A DNA stretch of 64,000 nucleotides from an uncultured Gemmatimonadales bacterium (GTDB lineage Bacteria; Gemmatimonadota; Gemmatimonadetes; Longimicrobiales; Gaopeijiaceae): assembly GCA_963809895.1 (NCBI GenBank), contig CAWELD010000003.1, forward strand, positions 1,824,001 to 1,888,000, written 5' to 3'. Positions within the stretch are counted from its first letter, which is position 1. The number at the start of each line of letters is the position of its first letter. Below the pieces are notes generated by a model. It searched no databases. It had not been told where the DNA came from and was given only the letters and a program-made list of their open reading frames with translations. This document shows positions 40,026-50,084 of this stretch, piece by piece. The translations under genes were made by a program, and so were the position numbers.

Positions 40026-42452
40026 GTGAACTCCCTCCTCCGTGACCTGTCGCACGGCATCCGCGTCCTGCGGAAGACTCCGGTCTTCTCGGTGGTGGCG
40101 ATCGTGACTCTGGCGCTGGGGGTCGGCGCCAACGCCGCGATCTTCTCGCTGGCCCGCACCCTGTTGGTCCGGCCCGTCGAGGGCGTTCGGGCCGAGGGCG
40201 TATTCCACGTGACCGCCCGGCGCGCCGATGGCACCACGGACGGCATCTTCTCCTACCAGGACTACATGCGCCTCCGGGCGAGGAGCGCGTCCGCGGAACT
40301 CGCGGCGCACTACTCGTCGGCGCCCCTGACCGACGACTCGGACGCCGGCCGTGAAGTGGCCGGTGCGGCCGTGTCGTCGAACTTCTTTCGGGTGCTGGGC
40401 GTGGAGCCCGCGCGCGGGCGGTTGTTCACGTCTGAGGAGGAAGGTCTCCGGGGCGGCGCGCCCGTGGCCGTGATCAGCGATGCCTTCTGGCGGGAGCGCT
40501 TCGGAGGAGCACCGGATGCCGTCGGAGCGGAGATCCGCCTCAACGGGGTCGTGTTCACGGTGGTCGGCATCGCGCCCCCGTACTTTCACGGCGTCCGGAC
40601 CACCTGGCGCAACGACGTGTGGGTGCCGCTCTCCATGCTGGGCACGGCCTATCGCTGGTGTGATCCTTTCGAGCCCGGATGCGACACGCTGGGCCTGGTG
40701 GGGCGACTGCACGGCGGCGCCACCCTCGAGCAGGCGCGCGCAGAGCTGGCGAGTCTGTCCCCTTCCCTGACCCCGGAAGACGGTGACGATGCCCCCCGGA
40801 CGTTGGAGCTGACAACTCTCGGGGGATTGATGCCCGGCGCGGGCCGAGAGGGCTGGCGCAACAATCTCGTCCTCCTCTTCCTCGCAGGTGGGCTTCTTCT
40901 CGGCGTGGCGTGCGCCAACCTGGCCGGCGCGCTTCTGTCGTCGGGGCTCGCCCGCCGTGGGGAGTTGGCCGTGCGCCTGTCGCTGGGCGCCAGCGCCAGC
41001 CGCATTCGACGGCAGCTCCTCACCGAGAGCCTCATGCTCGCCCTGGCCGGTGCGGGACCCGGAATTCTCGTGGCCGATCGGATCCAGCGCCTCCTGGCCG
41101 CCATGTACGCGGTGGACTCCGAGGGATACGCCATGCCGCTGGACCTGCGCCTGGATCCCACGGTCATCGGATTCGCGGTGGTCCTGGCCCTGGCTACCGG
41201 CATGGTCTTCGGACTGGCGCCGGCCTGGCGCGCCGGCCGCGCCGACCTGAGCCGCACCCTGCACGAGTCCGGCACGCGCTCCACGCGCCGCCCACCTCTC
41301 GTCGGTGCCCTGGCGGCGATCCAGGTCGGGCTCACCCTGGCGGCGCTGGTCGGTGGGGGATTGCTGGCCCGCAGCGCAGCCGGGATCGGGGCGGGTGCCG
41401 GCTTCGATCCCTCGCGCGTGGCGCTCTTCCGCGTACGTCCGCGGCTGATCGGCTACAGCGCGTCGCGCGCCCGGGCCTACACCGCCGAGGTGCTCCGCCA
41501 GCTCGAGGCCACACCCGGCGTGCGTTCTGTCACGTTGGCCGACGGGGTCGGGTTCGTGTGGGGAGACGGCTCTCCCACGCCGACGTGGTCATCGGACGCG
41601 CCACCCGACGACCCCGAGGCCGCCCTCCGCGTGGGTCACAAGGAGGTCGCGCCCCGTTTCTTCGAAACCCTGGACGTGCAGGTCGCCGGACGCGAGTTCG
41701 GATCCGGAGACGAGCCCACCTCGGAGCCCGTGGCCGTAGTGGACCGGACCCTGGCCCGGCAGCTCTGGCCCGACGGCGCCGTCCTGGGCCGCAGCGTGGT
41801 GGTGGACGGCCGGACGCGTCGCGTGGTGGGAGTCGTGGAAGACATGCACTTCCACAGCGCCACCGAGCCCGCTCGACCCCACGTGTGGACCCCCTACGCA
41901 CAGGACACCACCCAGGTCGATGCCCGCTTCGCCGTTCGGGTAGAGGGCGATCCCACGACTCGCATGCCCGAGCTACTTCAGGTCGTGCGCGGCGTGGATC
42001 CAGCGGTGCCTGTCACGGAGACGCTGGCCCTGGGCGCCCAGGTGCGCGCCGCGTTCCGGTCCGTTCGCGTCATCGCGCTGGCGGTGGCGTACTCGGCGCT
42101 GCTGGCCGTGGTCCTGGCCGGGATCGGCCTCTACGGCATGGTCACGTTCACCGTGGCCAGCCAGCGGCGCGCTCTCGCCGTGCGCAAAGCCCTGGGGGCT
42201 GCCGCCCCGGACATCATCGGCGCGCTGGCTCGGGACATCGGCACGATCCTGCTGGCCGGCACAGGGGTCGGCATCGTCCTGGCCCTGGCACTGGCCCGCA
42301 CGCTGGCGCACCTGGCCTACGGCGTGGCGCCCTGGGATCCCGTCACCCTGGCCCTGGCCGTCACGACGCTGCTGGCGGTGGCGCTCGCGGCCTTCGCCTG
42401 GCCCACGCGCAGAGCGCTGGAGGTGGAGCCCCGGGAGGCGTTGGCGGAATGA
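40026..42452 (+). CDS. ADOP duplicated permease lacking an N-terminal prefix domain
   Basis: Starts NSLLRDLSHGIRVLRK; TLALGVGANAAIFS; ACANLA. Confidence 0.92.
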   Translation: MNSLLRDLSHGIRVLRKTPVFSVVAIVTLALGVGANAAIFSLARTLLVRPVEGVRAEGVFHVTARRADGTTDGIFSYQDYMRLRARSASAELAAHYSSAPLTDDSDAGREVAGAAVSSNFFRVLGVEPARGRLFTSEEEGLRGGAPVAVISDAFWRERFGGAPDAVGAEIRLNGVVFTVVGIAPPYFHGVRTTWRNDVWVPLSMLGTAYRWCDPFEPGCDTLGLVGRLHGGATLEQARAELASLSPSLTPEDGDDAPRTLELTTLGGLMPGAGREGWRNNLVLLFLAGGLLLGVACANLAGALLSSGLARRGELAVRLSLGASASRIRRQLLTESLMLALAGAGPGILVADRIQRLLAAMYAVDSEGYAMPLDLRLDPTVIGFAVVLALATGMVFGLAPAWRAGRADLSRTLHESGTRSTRRPPLVGALAAIQVGLTLAALVGGGLLARSAAGIGAGAGFDPSRVALFRVRPRLIGYSASRARAYTAEVLRQLEATPGVRSVTLADGVGFVWGDGSPTPTWSSDAPPDDPEAALRVGHKEVAPRFFETLDVQVAGREFGSGDEPTSEPVAVVDRTLARQLWPDGAVLGRSVVVDGRTRRVVGVVEDMHFHSATEPARPHVWTPYAQDTTQVDARFAVRVEGDPTTRMPELLQVVRGVDPAVPVTETLALGAQVRAAFRSVRVIALAVAYSALLAVVLAGIGLYGMVTFTVASQRRALAVRKALGAAAPDIIGALARDIGTILLAGTGVGIVLALALARTLAHLAYGVAPWDPVTLALAVTTLLAVALAAFAWPTRRALEVEPREALAE

Positions 42453-42500
42453 GGGGGCTTCGAGGCCTGGTCCGCTCAGCCCCCGGACCCGCGCCGACCC

Positions 42501-45173
42501 CTACTCGCTCTTGAGCACCGTCATGGGATCCACCCGCGCGGCGCGGCGGGCCGGGACGTAGCCCGCCAGCAATCCCACGAAACCCACCACCAGGGTCACC
42601 AGCAGATAGGTGAGGGGATCCAGGGTCGGCAGGTCGTACAGGAAGCTCTCGAGCACGCGGGAGCCCGCCAGAGCGATGATCAAGCCGAGCACCAGGCCCC
42701 CGCCGCAGAGCCTCAGCCCCGAGCCCAGCGTGGCCCCTACCACCTCGCCACGGCGCGCCCCCAGCGCCATGCGTAGCGCTACCTCGCGCGTGCGCTGGGA
42801 CGCCGAGAACGCCACCACGCCGTAGACGCCCAGCAGGGCCAGGATCGTCGCCAGACCCGCCAGTCCCACCACGAAGAGGGTGCGGAACCGGGGAAGCGCC
42901 ACCGACCGGGCGATGTGCTCATCCAGGACCATCTGCCACCGCACCGGCGTGGTGGGAGACAGATCGGTCACGATGTCCCGGGCTCTGGCCAGGGCGGCGG
43001 CGGGATCCGCGGAGCGGAGCACCCACTGGGATACCTCCCGGCGGCTTTGCGCGGTCGGCACGTACACCTTGGGCTCCGGCGGTTCTTCGAGGGACTGGTG
43101 GCGGACGTTGCCCACGACACCGACCACGGTCGCCCACTCGTCCTTGTTGTGGCGGACGCGGCGGCCGATGGCGGACTGGCCGGGCCAGTAGGCGTCGGCC
43201 AGCGCCTGGTTCACCACCGCCACCCTGGGTGCGCCCGCCAGATCCTGCTCCTCCAGGCCGCGGCCTCGAAGAACGGGAATCCCCATGACCTCGAGGTAGT
43301 CGGGATAGGCCGCGGTGATGAGGACGTCGACGTCTTCACTCACCACGCCGTCCGCGCCCTCGATGTCGTACGAGGTGTAGGACCATGCGCCCGAGAGGGG
43401 GACTTCGCTGCTGCCGGTGACCTGGACGCCGGGCAGGGCGCGCAGCCGTTCCCGCAACTCGTCGGCGAAGGCCTTGCGAGCCGCCGTCTGCGCCTCGTCC
43501 GTCTCGTACAGGGACACGTCGGTAGAGACCGACATGACGGCGAGCCCCTGGGTGGGGAATCCCCGATCCTCGGTCCACAGGTTCATGTAGCTGCGGCCCA
43601 GGAGTCCCGCCCCCACCAGGAGCGAGAAGGCCAGCGCCACCTCGGCCACCACCAGGATCGAGCGCGCCCGTCCGCCGCCGCTGCCGGCCACGGACCGAGA
43701 GCCCTCGGCCATGGCGCGTCCGGGATCGACCCTCGACGCCCGCAGCGCGGGCAGGATTCCCACTGCCACCGCCGTCGCCGTGGTCACCAGGATCCCGAAC
43801 AGGAGCACGGCCGGATCCATGGTCACGTGATCGGCCCGCGGAAGCGACGGCGGCAGCGCAGCCACCAGCGCCGGCAGGGCGACGCCCGCCAGGACGAGCC
43901 CCGTCAGCCCACCCAGGAGCGCGAGGCCCGCGCTCTCGAGCAGGAGTGCCCGGACCAGTCGGCCGCGCTCGGCACCCAGGGCCGCGCGCACGGCGAGCTC
44001 ACGCCGGCGCCCGAGGCTCGTGACGCTCAGCATGTTGGCGATGTTCACGCAGGCGATGGCCAGGACGAAGCCCACCGCCCCCAACAGGAACCACAACGTC
44101 GTGCGCACGGCGCCCACCTCGGAGTCCAGCAGGCCTTCGACGTTGGCCCCGTAGTCCTTCTGCGCGTCGGGGTACGACGCGGACAGGCGGTCCTGGAGCG
44201 CCTCCAGATCAGCCTCCAGTGAGGCGACGGTAGCGCCCGGCTTCAGCCGGCCGATGGCGGTGAAGGACTGGTTGTCGCGCACGTCGGTCTTCCGGTCTTC
44301 GGGCAAGGAGGTCCAGATCTCGACGTTCTCGTGTCTCGGCACCGCGAAGCTCGCCGGCATGACACCGATGACCGTGGTCTGCTCGCCGTCCAGGTCGAGG
44401 GTCGTGCCGAGCACCTCCGCCTCGCCCCCCAGGCGCTCCTGCCAGAAACCGTGACTCAGCACCGCGACGCCCGGCGCTCCCGGCTGGTCGTCGTCCGCGA
44501 CCAGGGTTCGCCCCAGCGCCGCCGGCACCTCCAGGGCGTCGAATACCCCGTGCGTGAGGATCAACGCCTCCACCGTCTCCGCCCGCTCCGGACCCTGCCA
44601 GGTGCGCGTGTCCTGCGCTACGATCCCCACGGACTCGAAGCCCGTGGTCGCCGCCTGCCAATCGTTGAAAGTCGGCACCGACAGCGGCATCCGCTCAGCG
44701 AAGCTGCGGAACATCTTGCTGGGGTGACCCATCCACTCCGGATGGGTCTGCCAGGCCGCCACCAGCCGGTCGGGCTCGGGAAAGTCCAGAGGCCGCAGCA
44801 GGACCCCGTTCACCACGCTGAACACCGCCGTGGTCACCCCCACCGCCACGGCCACCGTGGCCGACACGGCGAGGCTCACCGCCGGCCGGTGGCGCACGCT
44901 CCGGAGCACGCCCCGCAGGTCGGATCCCCATCCTCCGCTCATGGTCGCTCCTCCTCCCCCCGTTTCCACATGTGCCACCCGTCGTAGCTCGAACGGCCGA
45001 ATCCACAGGGTCTGACGCCACATCCAGGCATCGGCGGCGAGCCGTCCAGTCTCGCGTCGCCGCTGGGCGTAGCGCTCGCGCAGATCACCCTCCACCGCCT
45101 CCAGGAGCTCGGCCGGAACCAGCCGCCGGAGCAGCCACACCGCAAGGCGGGGCGGATGCGGTGGACCCGTCAC
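42501..45173 (-). CDS. ADOP duplicated permease with prefix-domain-2-type N terminus
   Basis: GTG start overlapping the PadR stop (GTGA); PPRLAVWLL...EGDLRE; IACVNIANML; ends DPMTVLKSE. Confidence 0.92.
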   Translation of the reverse strand: MTGPPHPPRLAVWLLRRLVPAELLEAVEGDLRERYAQRRRETGRLAADAWMWRQTLWIRPFELRRVAHVETGGGGATMSGGWGSDLRGVLRSVRHRPAVSLAVSATVAVAVGVTTAVFSVVNGVLLRPLDFPEPDRLVAAWQTHPEWMGHPSKMFRSFAERMPLSVPTFNDWQAATTGFESVGIVAQDTRTWQGPERAETVEALILTHGVFDALEVPAALGRTLVADDDQPGAPGVAVLSHGFWQERLGGEAEVLGTTLDLDGEQTTVIGVMPASFAVPRHENVEIWTSLPEDRKTDVRDNQSFTAIGRLKPGATVASLEADLEALQDRLSASYPDAQKDYGANVEGLLDSEVGAVRTTLWFLLGAVGFVLAIACVNIANMLSVTSLGRRRELAVRAALGAERGRLVRALLLESAGLALLGGLTGLVLAGVALPALVAALPPSLPRADHVTMDPAVLLFGILVTTATAVAVGILPALRASRVDPGRAMAEGSRSVAGSGGGRARSILVVAEVALAFSLLVGAGLLGRSYMNLWTEDRGFPTQGLAVMSVSTDVSLYETDEAQTAARKAFADELRERLRALPGVQVTGSSEVPLSGAWSYTSYDIEGADGVVSEDVDVLITAAYPDYLEVMGIPVLRGRGLEEQDLAGAPRVAVVNQALADAYWPGQSAIGRRVRHNKDEWATVVGVVGNVRHQSLEEPPEPKVYVPTAQSRREVSQWVLRSADPAAALARARDIVTDLSPTTPVRWQMVLDEHIARSVALPRFRTLFVVGLAGLATILALLGVYGVVAFSASQRTREVALRMALGARRGEVVGATLGSGLRLCGGGLVLGLIIALAGSRVLESFLYDLPTLDPLTYLLVTLVVGFVGLLAGYVPARRAARVDPMTVLKSE

Positions 45174-45529
45174 GATCCGTCGCGCGCCACCGAACCCGCG
45201 GCGTCCTCCAGATCCCCCTCCAGCCCGTCCCACATGGACAGGAGCCGCCGACGCGACTCGTCCAACGCCGCCATCCCCTCCGGCTCCACCGAGAAGTAGC
45301 GCCGCGCCCTCCCCCCGCGCTCGTCGGTGGGCTCCCCCATCCACGAGCGCACCATCCCCTTCTTCTCCAGGCGGGTCAGGGTGATGTAGATGGCGCTGAT
45401 GGAGGCTTCCCGGTCCGCCGTCTGATCGAGCTCCTCCTGAATGCGCGCGCCGTAGGCGTCCTCGCCCAGCCGCATGACGGCGAGCAGCGCCATCTGCTCG
45501 AACTCCCCCAGGTGATCGGTCTTGGCCAC
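45170..45529 (-). CDS. PadR family regulator
   Basis: LGEFEQMALLAV, AIYITLTRLE, RGGRARRYF. Confidence 0.92.
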   Translation of the reverse strand: MAKTDHLGEFEQMALLAVMRLGEDAYGARIQEELDQTADREASISAIYITLTRLEKKGMVRSWMGEPTDERGGRARRYFSVEPEGMAALDESRRRLLSMWDGLEGDLEDAAGSVARDGS

Positions 45530-45542
45530 CGATGTCTCCGTG

Positions 45543-45574
45543 GTTTCACAATGTTAAGGTTAACAATGTGAAAC
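45543..45574. promoter_or_regulatory. 32-bp palindromic putative PadR operator
   Basis: GTTTCACAATGTTAA-GG-TTAACAATGTGAAAC, one mismatch. Confidence 0.75.
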
Positions 45575-45616
45575 ATGCGGGCGGAGGACGGGGCGGTCAA
45601 GCAGGGGGGATTGGCG

Positions 45617-46252
45617 TCACTGGTCGGACTCGAGCGCCCGAGCGGCCGCGACGATCCCCTGCGCCCATGCCGGGACGTCGTCAGTCAGGTGGATGATCCG
45701 GTCCCGCTCCAGGTGGAGGAGCAGTCTCGGCTCGACGACGCCCCGCTTGCCGACCGGCGCGCTGTTGTCGTACACCTTCAGCGCAGCCAACTGGGGGATC
45801 AGGCGGATAAGGTTCTGGTGGCTGCTGCTGTATCGCTCCCGGATCTTCCGTTCCGGAATGTCGTGGCCGCCCCGCTCCACCCGCTCCTTGACGCGCTGGA
45901 TGTGGAGCTCGGCGCTCTCGAGACCGACGTACCACATATGAACATCGAGTGCGGCCGCCGCTGCTTCGCGGAGCGTTCGTGAGACCGTCCGTCCACCCAG
46001 CGTGGTCTCGAATGCGAATGTCCCACCGTCCTCGATGGTGGCCTTCAGAAAGTCGATCTCCTTCCTCCAGGCCTTGATGTTGGCCTCGGCCACCGACAGG
46101 CGCGGCTGAATCGCACGCAGCTGACGTGCGACCTCATCCGGGTTGTAGTAGTCGGCGCCGGACTCGCGGAGCATGGACCCGAGCACAGAGCTCTTCCCCG
46201 CTCCATTCGTTCCGGCGAGAACGTAGATCGTCCCCCGACTCCGGCCGCTCAC
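45617..46252 (-). CDS. Zeta toxin-like / AAA P-loop protein (COG4185-like)
   Basis: Walker A GTNGAGKS, NPDE, FETTLGG, RVERGGHDIPE. Confidence 0.85.
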   Translation of the reverse strand: MSGRSRGTIYVLAGTNGAGKSSVLGSMLRESGADYYNPDEVARQLRAIQPRLSVAEANIKAWRKEIDFLKATIEDGGTFAFETTLGGRTVSRTLREAAAAALDVHMWYVGLESAELHIQRVKERVERGGHDIPERKIRERYSSSHQNLIRLIPQLAALKVYDNSAPVGKRGVVEPRLLLHLERDRIIHLTDDVPAWAQGIVAAARALESDQ

Positions 46253-46258
46253 GGTATC

Positions 46259-46801
46259 CTACGGTCGGGACGCGGCTGGCTCATCTTTCTCGATTCTCAC
46301 CCGCGGCTGCGTGTTGAAGGCACGCTGTGCCGCCTCAAGGAACGCCGGCTTCTGCATCCGGGCATACAGCTCATCCAGCTCGTCGTCCAGGATCGCAAGC
46401 GCCGCACGCTGGGCCAGGGTCAGGTCCGAATCTCGCGTGGATTCACCCCTCTGTCCCGAGCGCAACATGCCCAGCAGGTGATTGAAGCCGAGCAGCGCCC
46501 CCAGGACTGTCTCGGTCCGGCCGGATACGATCATTTCACGCGGCGTCCGGTCACCCAACGCCCCCATCGGCGCGTCGAGCCACTCCAAAGCGCGCTCCTC
46601 CCCCACGCTGCGCACTACCTCATCGATGAGCTCCTGCAGTCGCTCGAGGCGGTCACGATACGTCGCCGTCGGCGTCGCGCCTTCGCGCCAGCGGTAGAGC
46701 GTCGCCGAATCCGCACGTAGCGACGTGGCAATTTCGTCGAAGGTCAGCCGGAACACGCGGCGAGCGGCGTCGATCCCGGGCAATTTCGTGTTCGTGCTCA
46801 T
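46259..46801 (-). CDS. Xre/MbcA/ParS-like antitoxin with extra C-terminal helix
   Basis: HTH TFDEIA..ATLYRW; WLDAPMGALGDRTP; SD AGGAGGT; palindrome TTGCAATTGCAA upstream (46849-46860). Confidence 0.75.
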   Translation of the reverse strand: MSTNTKLPGIDAARRVFRLTFDEIATSLRADSATLYRWREGATPTATYRDRLERLQELIDEVVRSVGEERALEWLDAPMGALGDRTPREMIVSGRTETVLGALLGFNHLLGMLRSGQRGESTRDSDLTLAQRAALAILDDELDELYARMQKPAFLEAAQRAFNTQPRVRIEKDEPAASRP

Positions 46802-47014
46802 CGGTACCTCCTGACATCGGGATGCACCTTCAAGATACCAGGAGCACATTGCAATTGCAAGATGGCGACCGAGCTAGCCAGCTTGGGGGCAGCTAGAGCA
46901 GCGCGGGACAAACAACGGCGAAGCCCGAGTAGCAAGCAGAAGCGAGATCTGGCTACGCCGAGGGTGGGGCACACTCCACAGCATCGAGCCCTTCGCGGAG
47001 CCGGAAGACGTCGC

Positions 47015-49325
47015 TCACGTGATCCACTCGGCCAGATCCACCACTCTCCACCCGTCGTTCGGTCTGCACCAGAATCAGCGAGCCACCACCGGAATAGCCC
47101 TTTGGGGCCTCGTCGGCGGCGCGATGCAGGTAGGCGGTCCATCTCCAGCTCAGCGCGAGGAACGGCCCCCAGCGCATGGGTGCGCGGAAGTCGAAGATGT
47201 GCCCGCCAGCGCGCAGATCCCGTGCCTGCCACTCCTCCGGCGTGACGACCGTGACCCCGGCGAGGGGGGCGTCGAGGACCGCCTGGGGTAGGTTCGCCGA
47301 CAGGAGGAACCTCGGCACCTCCTCCACGCCGTGCGACGACGTCGCGATCCCCTGCAGGGACTGGGCGCCCGGTATGGCCGGCCACGGATAGGCTCCTCCG
47401 GCGAAGATCGAATCCACCAGCGGTACCAGCACCGCCACCACCGACTGGGGATCCACCACTTCGCCCTCACCCATCCGGCGGCGGATCTCCCAACGGGCAC
47501 TGCGCACCCGCGCCTCGTCGCCAGAGAGAACGTCGGCCCGGAGCTCGTCGGCGGTTCGCGCGGGGATCGCATCCGCCGCGCGCAGGATCTCTTCCAGGAC
47601 CACCCGCGCCGAATCGTCGGCTGGTGGCCATCCTGCGACCAACTCCGCCATCGGATCTCGGCCGGTGCGGGCGGCGTAGAGACGTAAGGCACGGAGGATC
47701 TGCCTTCGGTCTCGACCACCACCGTTCCACCAGCTCCGCCACGCCGTCCAGTCCGCTCCGGCCGGAGGCACCGCCGGCGCTCCCTTCCGCGCGACCCCGC
47801 GACCGTAACGAATCGCTTCGGCCACCAACGTCGCTCCCTCCTCCTGGCGCACGACCAGAGAATCGAACCAGCGAGCGGGATTCCAGGCGAATCGGCCCAC
47901 GAGCGCCGCGTCGCGCAGTCGAGGCTCGGAGGAGGCTGCGCCGCGCTCGATCATCAAACGGCACGCGGCGGGCTCGCATCCCCAGCGGGTGGAGTCGGGC
48001 TCCGCGATCGGTCCCGAACGCAGGAGCGTGCCGGCCAGCTCGAGGTAGTCGTAGCGGGCAGGGGCGCCCAGGCGCCACAGACGCCCGGGGTCCTCCAGAT
48101 AGGGGAGCACCCGCTCCGCGTCGGCCACGGTGAGCCGCCGCGAGTACGGAATGTGCCCCCGTGCCGTCCTCAACAGGGTCAGGGTATCCTCCCTGGCCAG
48201 AGCGAAGACGCGTGCGAGGGAGTCCATCTGGTCAGCCGTGCGCGTCCCACTCGTATCGTAGCGCCGCAGCAGACTCTGCAACTCGGCGATCTCGTCGGGG
48301 TCCCGGCTGACACGCCAGCGCTCGACCAGGGAGTCGGCAAGCACGGGGTCACCGGCTCGCAGACGCCGCTGAAGGTCGGTGGTTGGGAGCATGAGCATGC
48401 CGGTGCTGGCCCGGGCGCGGGCCGCCCGCATCGAGTCCTGGAGTGCCTCTAAGCTCGCCGAGTCATAGCGCGTCCAGGTGCGCACCCGCTCCATCCGAAC
48501 CCCCGACGTGAGCGGACCGCTCACCGAGTCGCGCAGCACGGCGCGGCCCTCCCAACGCGCCGTGTCCGCTCCGCCCACGCGAAGCATGGTCTCCGGCTCC
48601 ACGAGAGCGATGCCGCGGGTGCGTCCTGCGAGGGTGCGGTCGACCGGCCGCACACTCTTCAGGAGCACGTCGAGGTCAGTCGCCTCGTACTGAACCTCCT
48701 CGACCATCCGGATCCGAAGCGCGCGTCCCCCGCCGGTCATGGTGTCGCCCAGAACCTCGAAGCGACGCACCGACCGATACGATTCGCTCAGCCCTTCACC
48801 CGGCTCCGCGACGAAGGCCAGGGTATCGATCCACCGCTCTCCTGCGGCCAGGTCTTCGCGGGGGAGTGGCACCCACAGCTCGCGGAACCGGCTCGACGGC
48901 AGGCGCAGCGCGACCGCCCGCAACTCAGGCCGTCCTTGCAGCCGCCACACGCCGTTGCGGCGACGATCCGCGGCGTCGTCCCACCTCGTGGAGGACAGGG
49001 CCGGAAGTCGCATCTGCACGGAGCGGATACGACCGCTCTCGTCGAAGTACGCCTCGGCATCGACCAGGCCGGCCGTCACGGTCCAGACCGGATCCCGGAG
49101 CATCGGCGACCGGATCTCGCGAGCGTGGAACGCCTCGACTCTCTCCGTGGTGGGCACGAACTCGGGCGGTGCGTCCTCGTGGATCCAGCGCTCCTCGGTG
49201 ACGCGGCGGATGACCTGGACGGCGGTGGTGTCGGCGGGGACTTGGGCGTCGGCGTGCGCCGGAACGACGACCCCCAGAGCGAGGGCGGTCAGCGTTACGC
49301 GGGGCAAGCAGCGGCACACGGACAT
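47015..49325 (-). CDS. Large secreted hypothetical protein; probable frameshift near 47057 (uncorrected ORF ends 46953)
   Basis: Signal peptide ending AHADAQ; corrected end DGWRVVDLAEWIT-stop. Confidence 0.7.
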
Positions 49326-49433
49326 GCGCCTAAGATGGGATTTCTGATCCCCGTTCAGCAAGCCATCAACAGGCGCTGACGACATCCTGGGCAGCACTTC
49401 AGGGTCGCGAACCTCCTGCATACCTGCGTGCAC

Positions 49434-49921
49434 TCATCCGTTGCGCCCCATCGGTGGACCGCCCTCCACGAATCGGCCAGGTTCTTCAGGGACGCGTTCA
49501 ACCCTACCTCGTGGTCCTCTGGCCGAATCCCCTCGGGTACGTCTTCAGCCTCGACCGTGACGAGCGTGCCGCCCTTGGTGGACTCAAACGTCCACCTCAT
49601 ACGCATGATGCCTGAGAACGCGGGGTCCTCGCTGTCGAAGGTCACCTCCTGCTCGATCTTTCGTGCGTCTTCGAGCTTCGTCAGGCGCACCGCTACGTCA
49701 TCGGAGTCCTCTGAGCTCTTGCCTCGTCCCAGGTGCCGTTTCGCATAGGTGAGCCGCATGTGATAGGAGCCGCCTTCACGGAAATCGAAGTGCAGCATCT
49801 CGCCCGTCATGTCGCTCGGGGGAATCCACTCCTCCATCGCACCCGGCTCCGCGAAAGCCCGATACACGGCCTCCGGCGTCGCCGAGATCAGTCGAGACGC
49901 TGAATCGACTCTTGGACTCAT
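49434..49921 (-). CDS. SRPBCC/AHA1-like protein; probable frameshift near 49473 (uncorrected ORF ends 49355)
   Basis: SRLISATPEAVYRAF, FDFREGGSY, GIRPEDHEVGLNASLKNL. Confidence 0.85.
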
Positions 49922-50084
49922 GGTTCTTCCGGTGTGTGATGCGGCTGGGCAGCGAACCCGCCACCTCCAGCTTCGTAGCCATGATCATGCTCCTCTCTTC
50001 GGGCACCGATCAAGATGGGATCTTGGGTCCCCGTGTAGCATGTCTAGGCTGTGACGGCTGGCGCGGTAGCCTTCCGCAGGGGCG

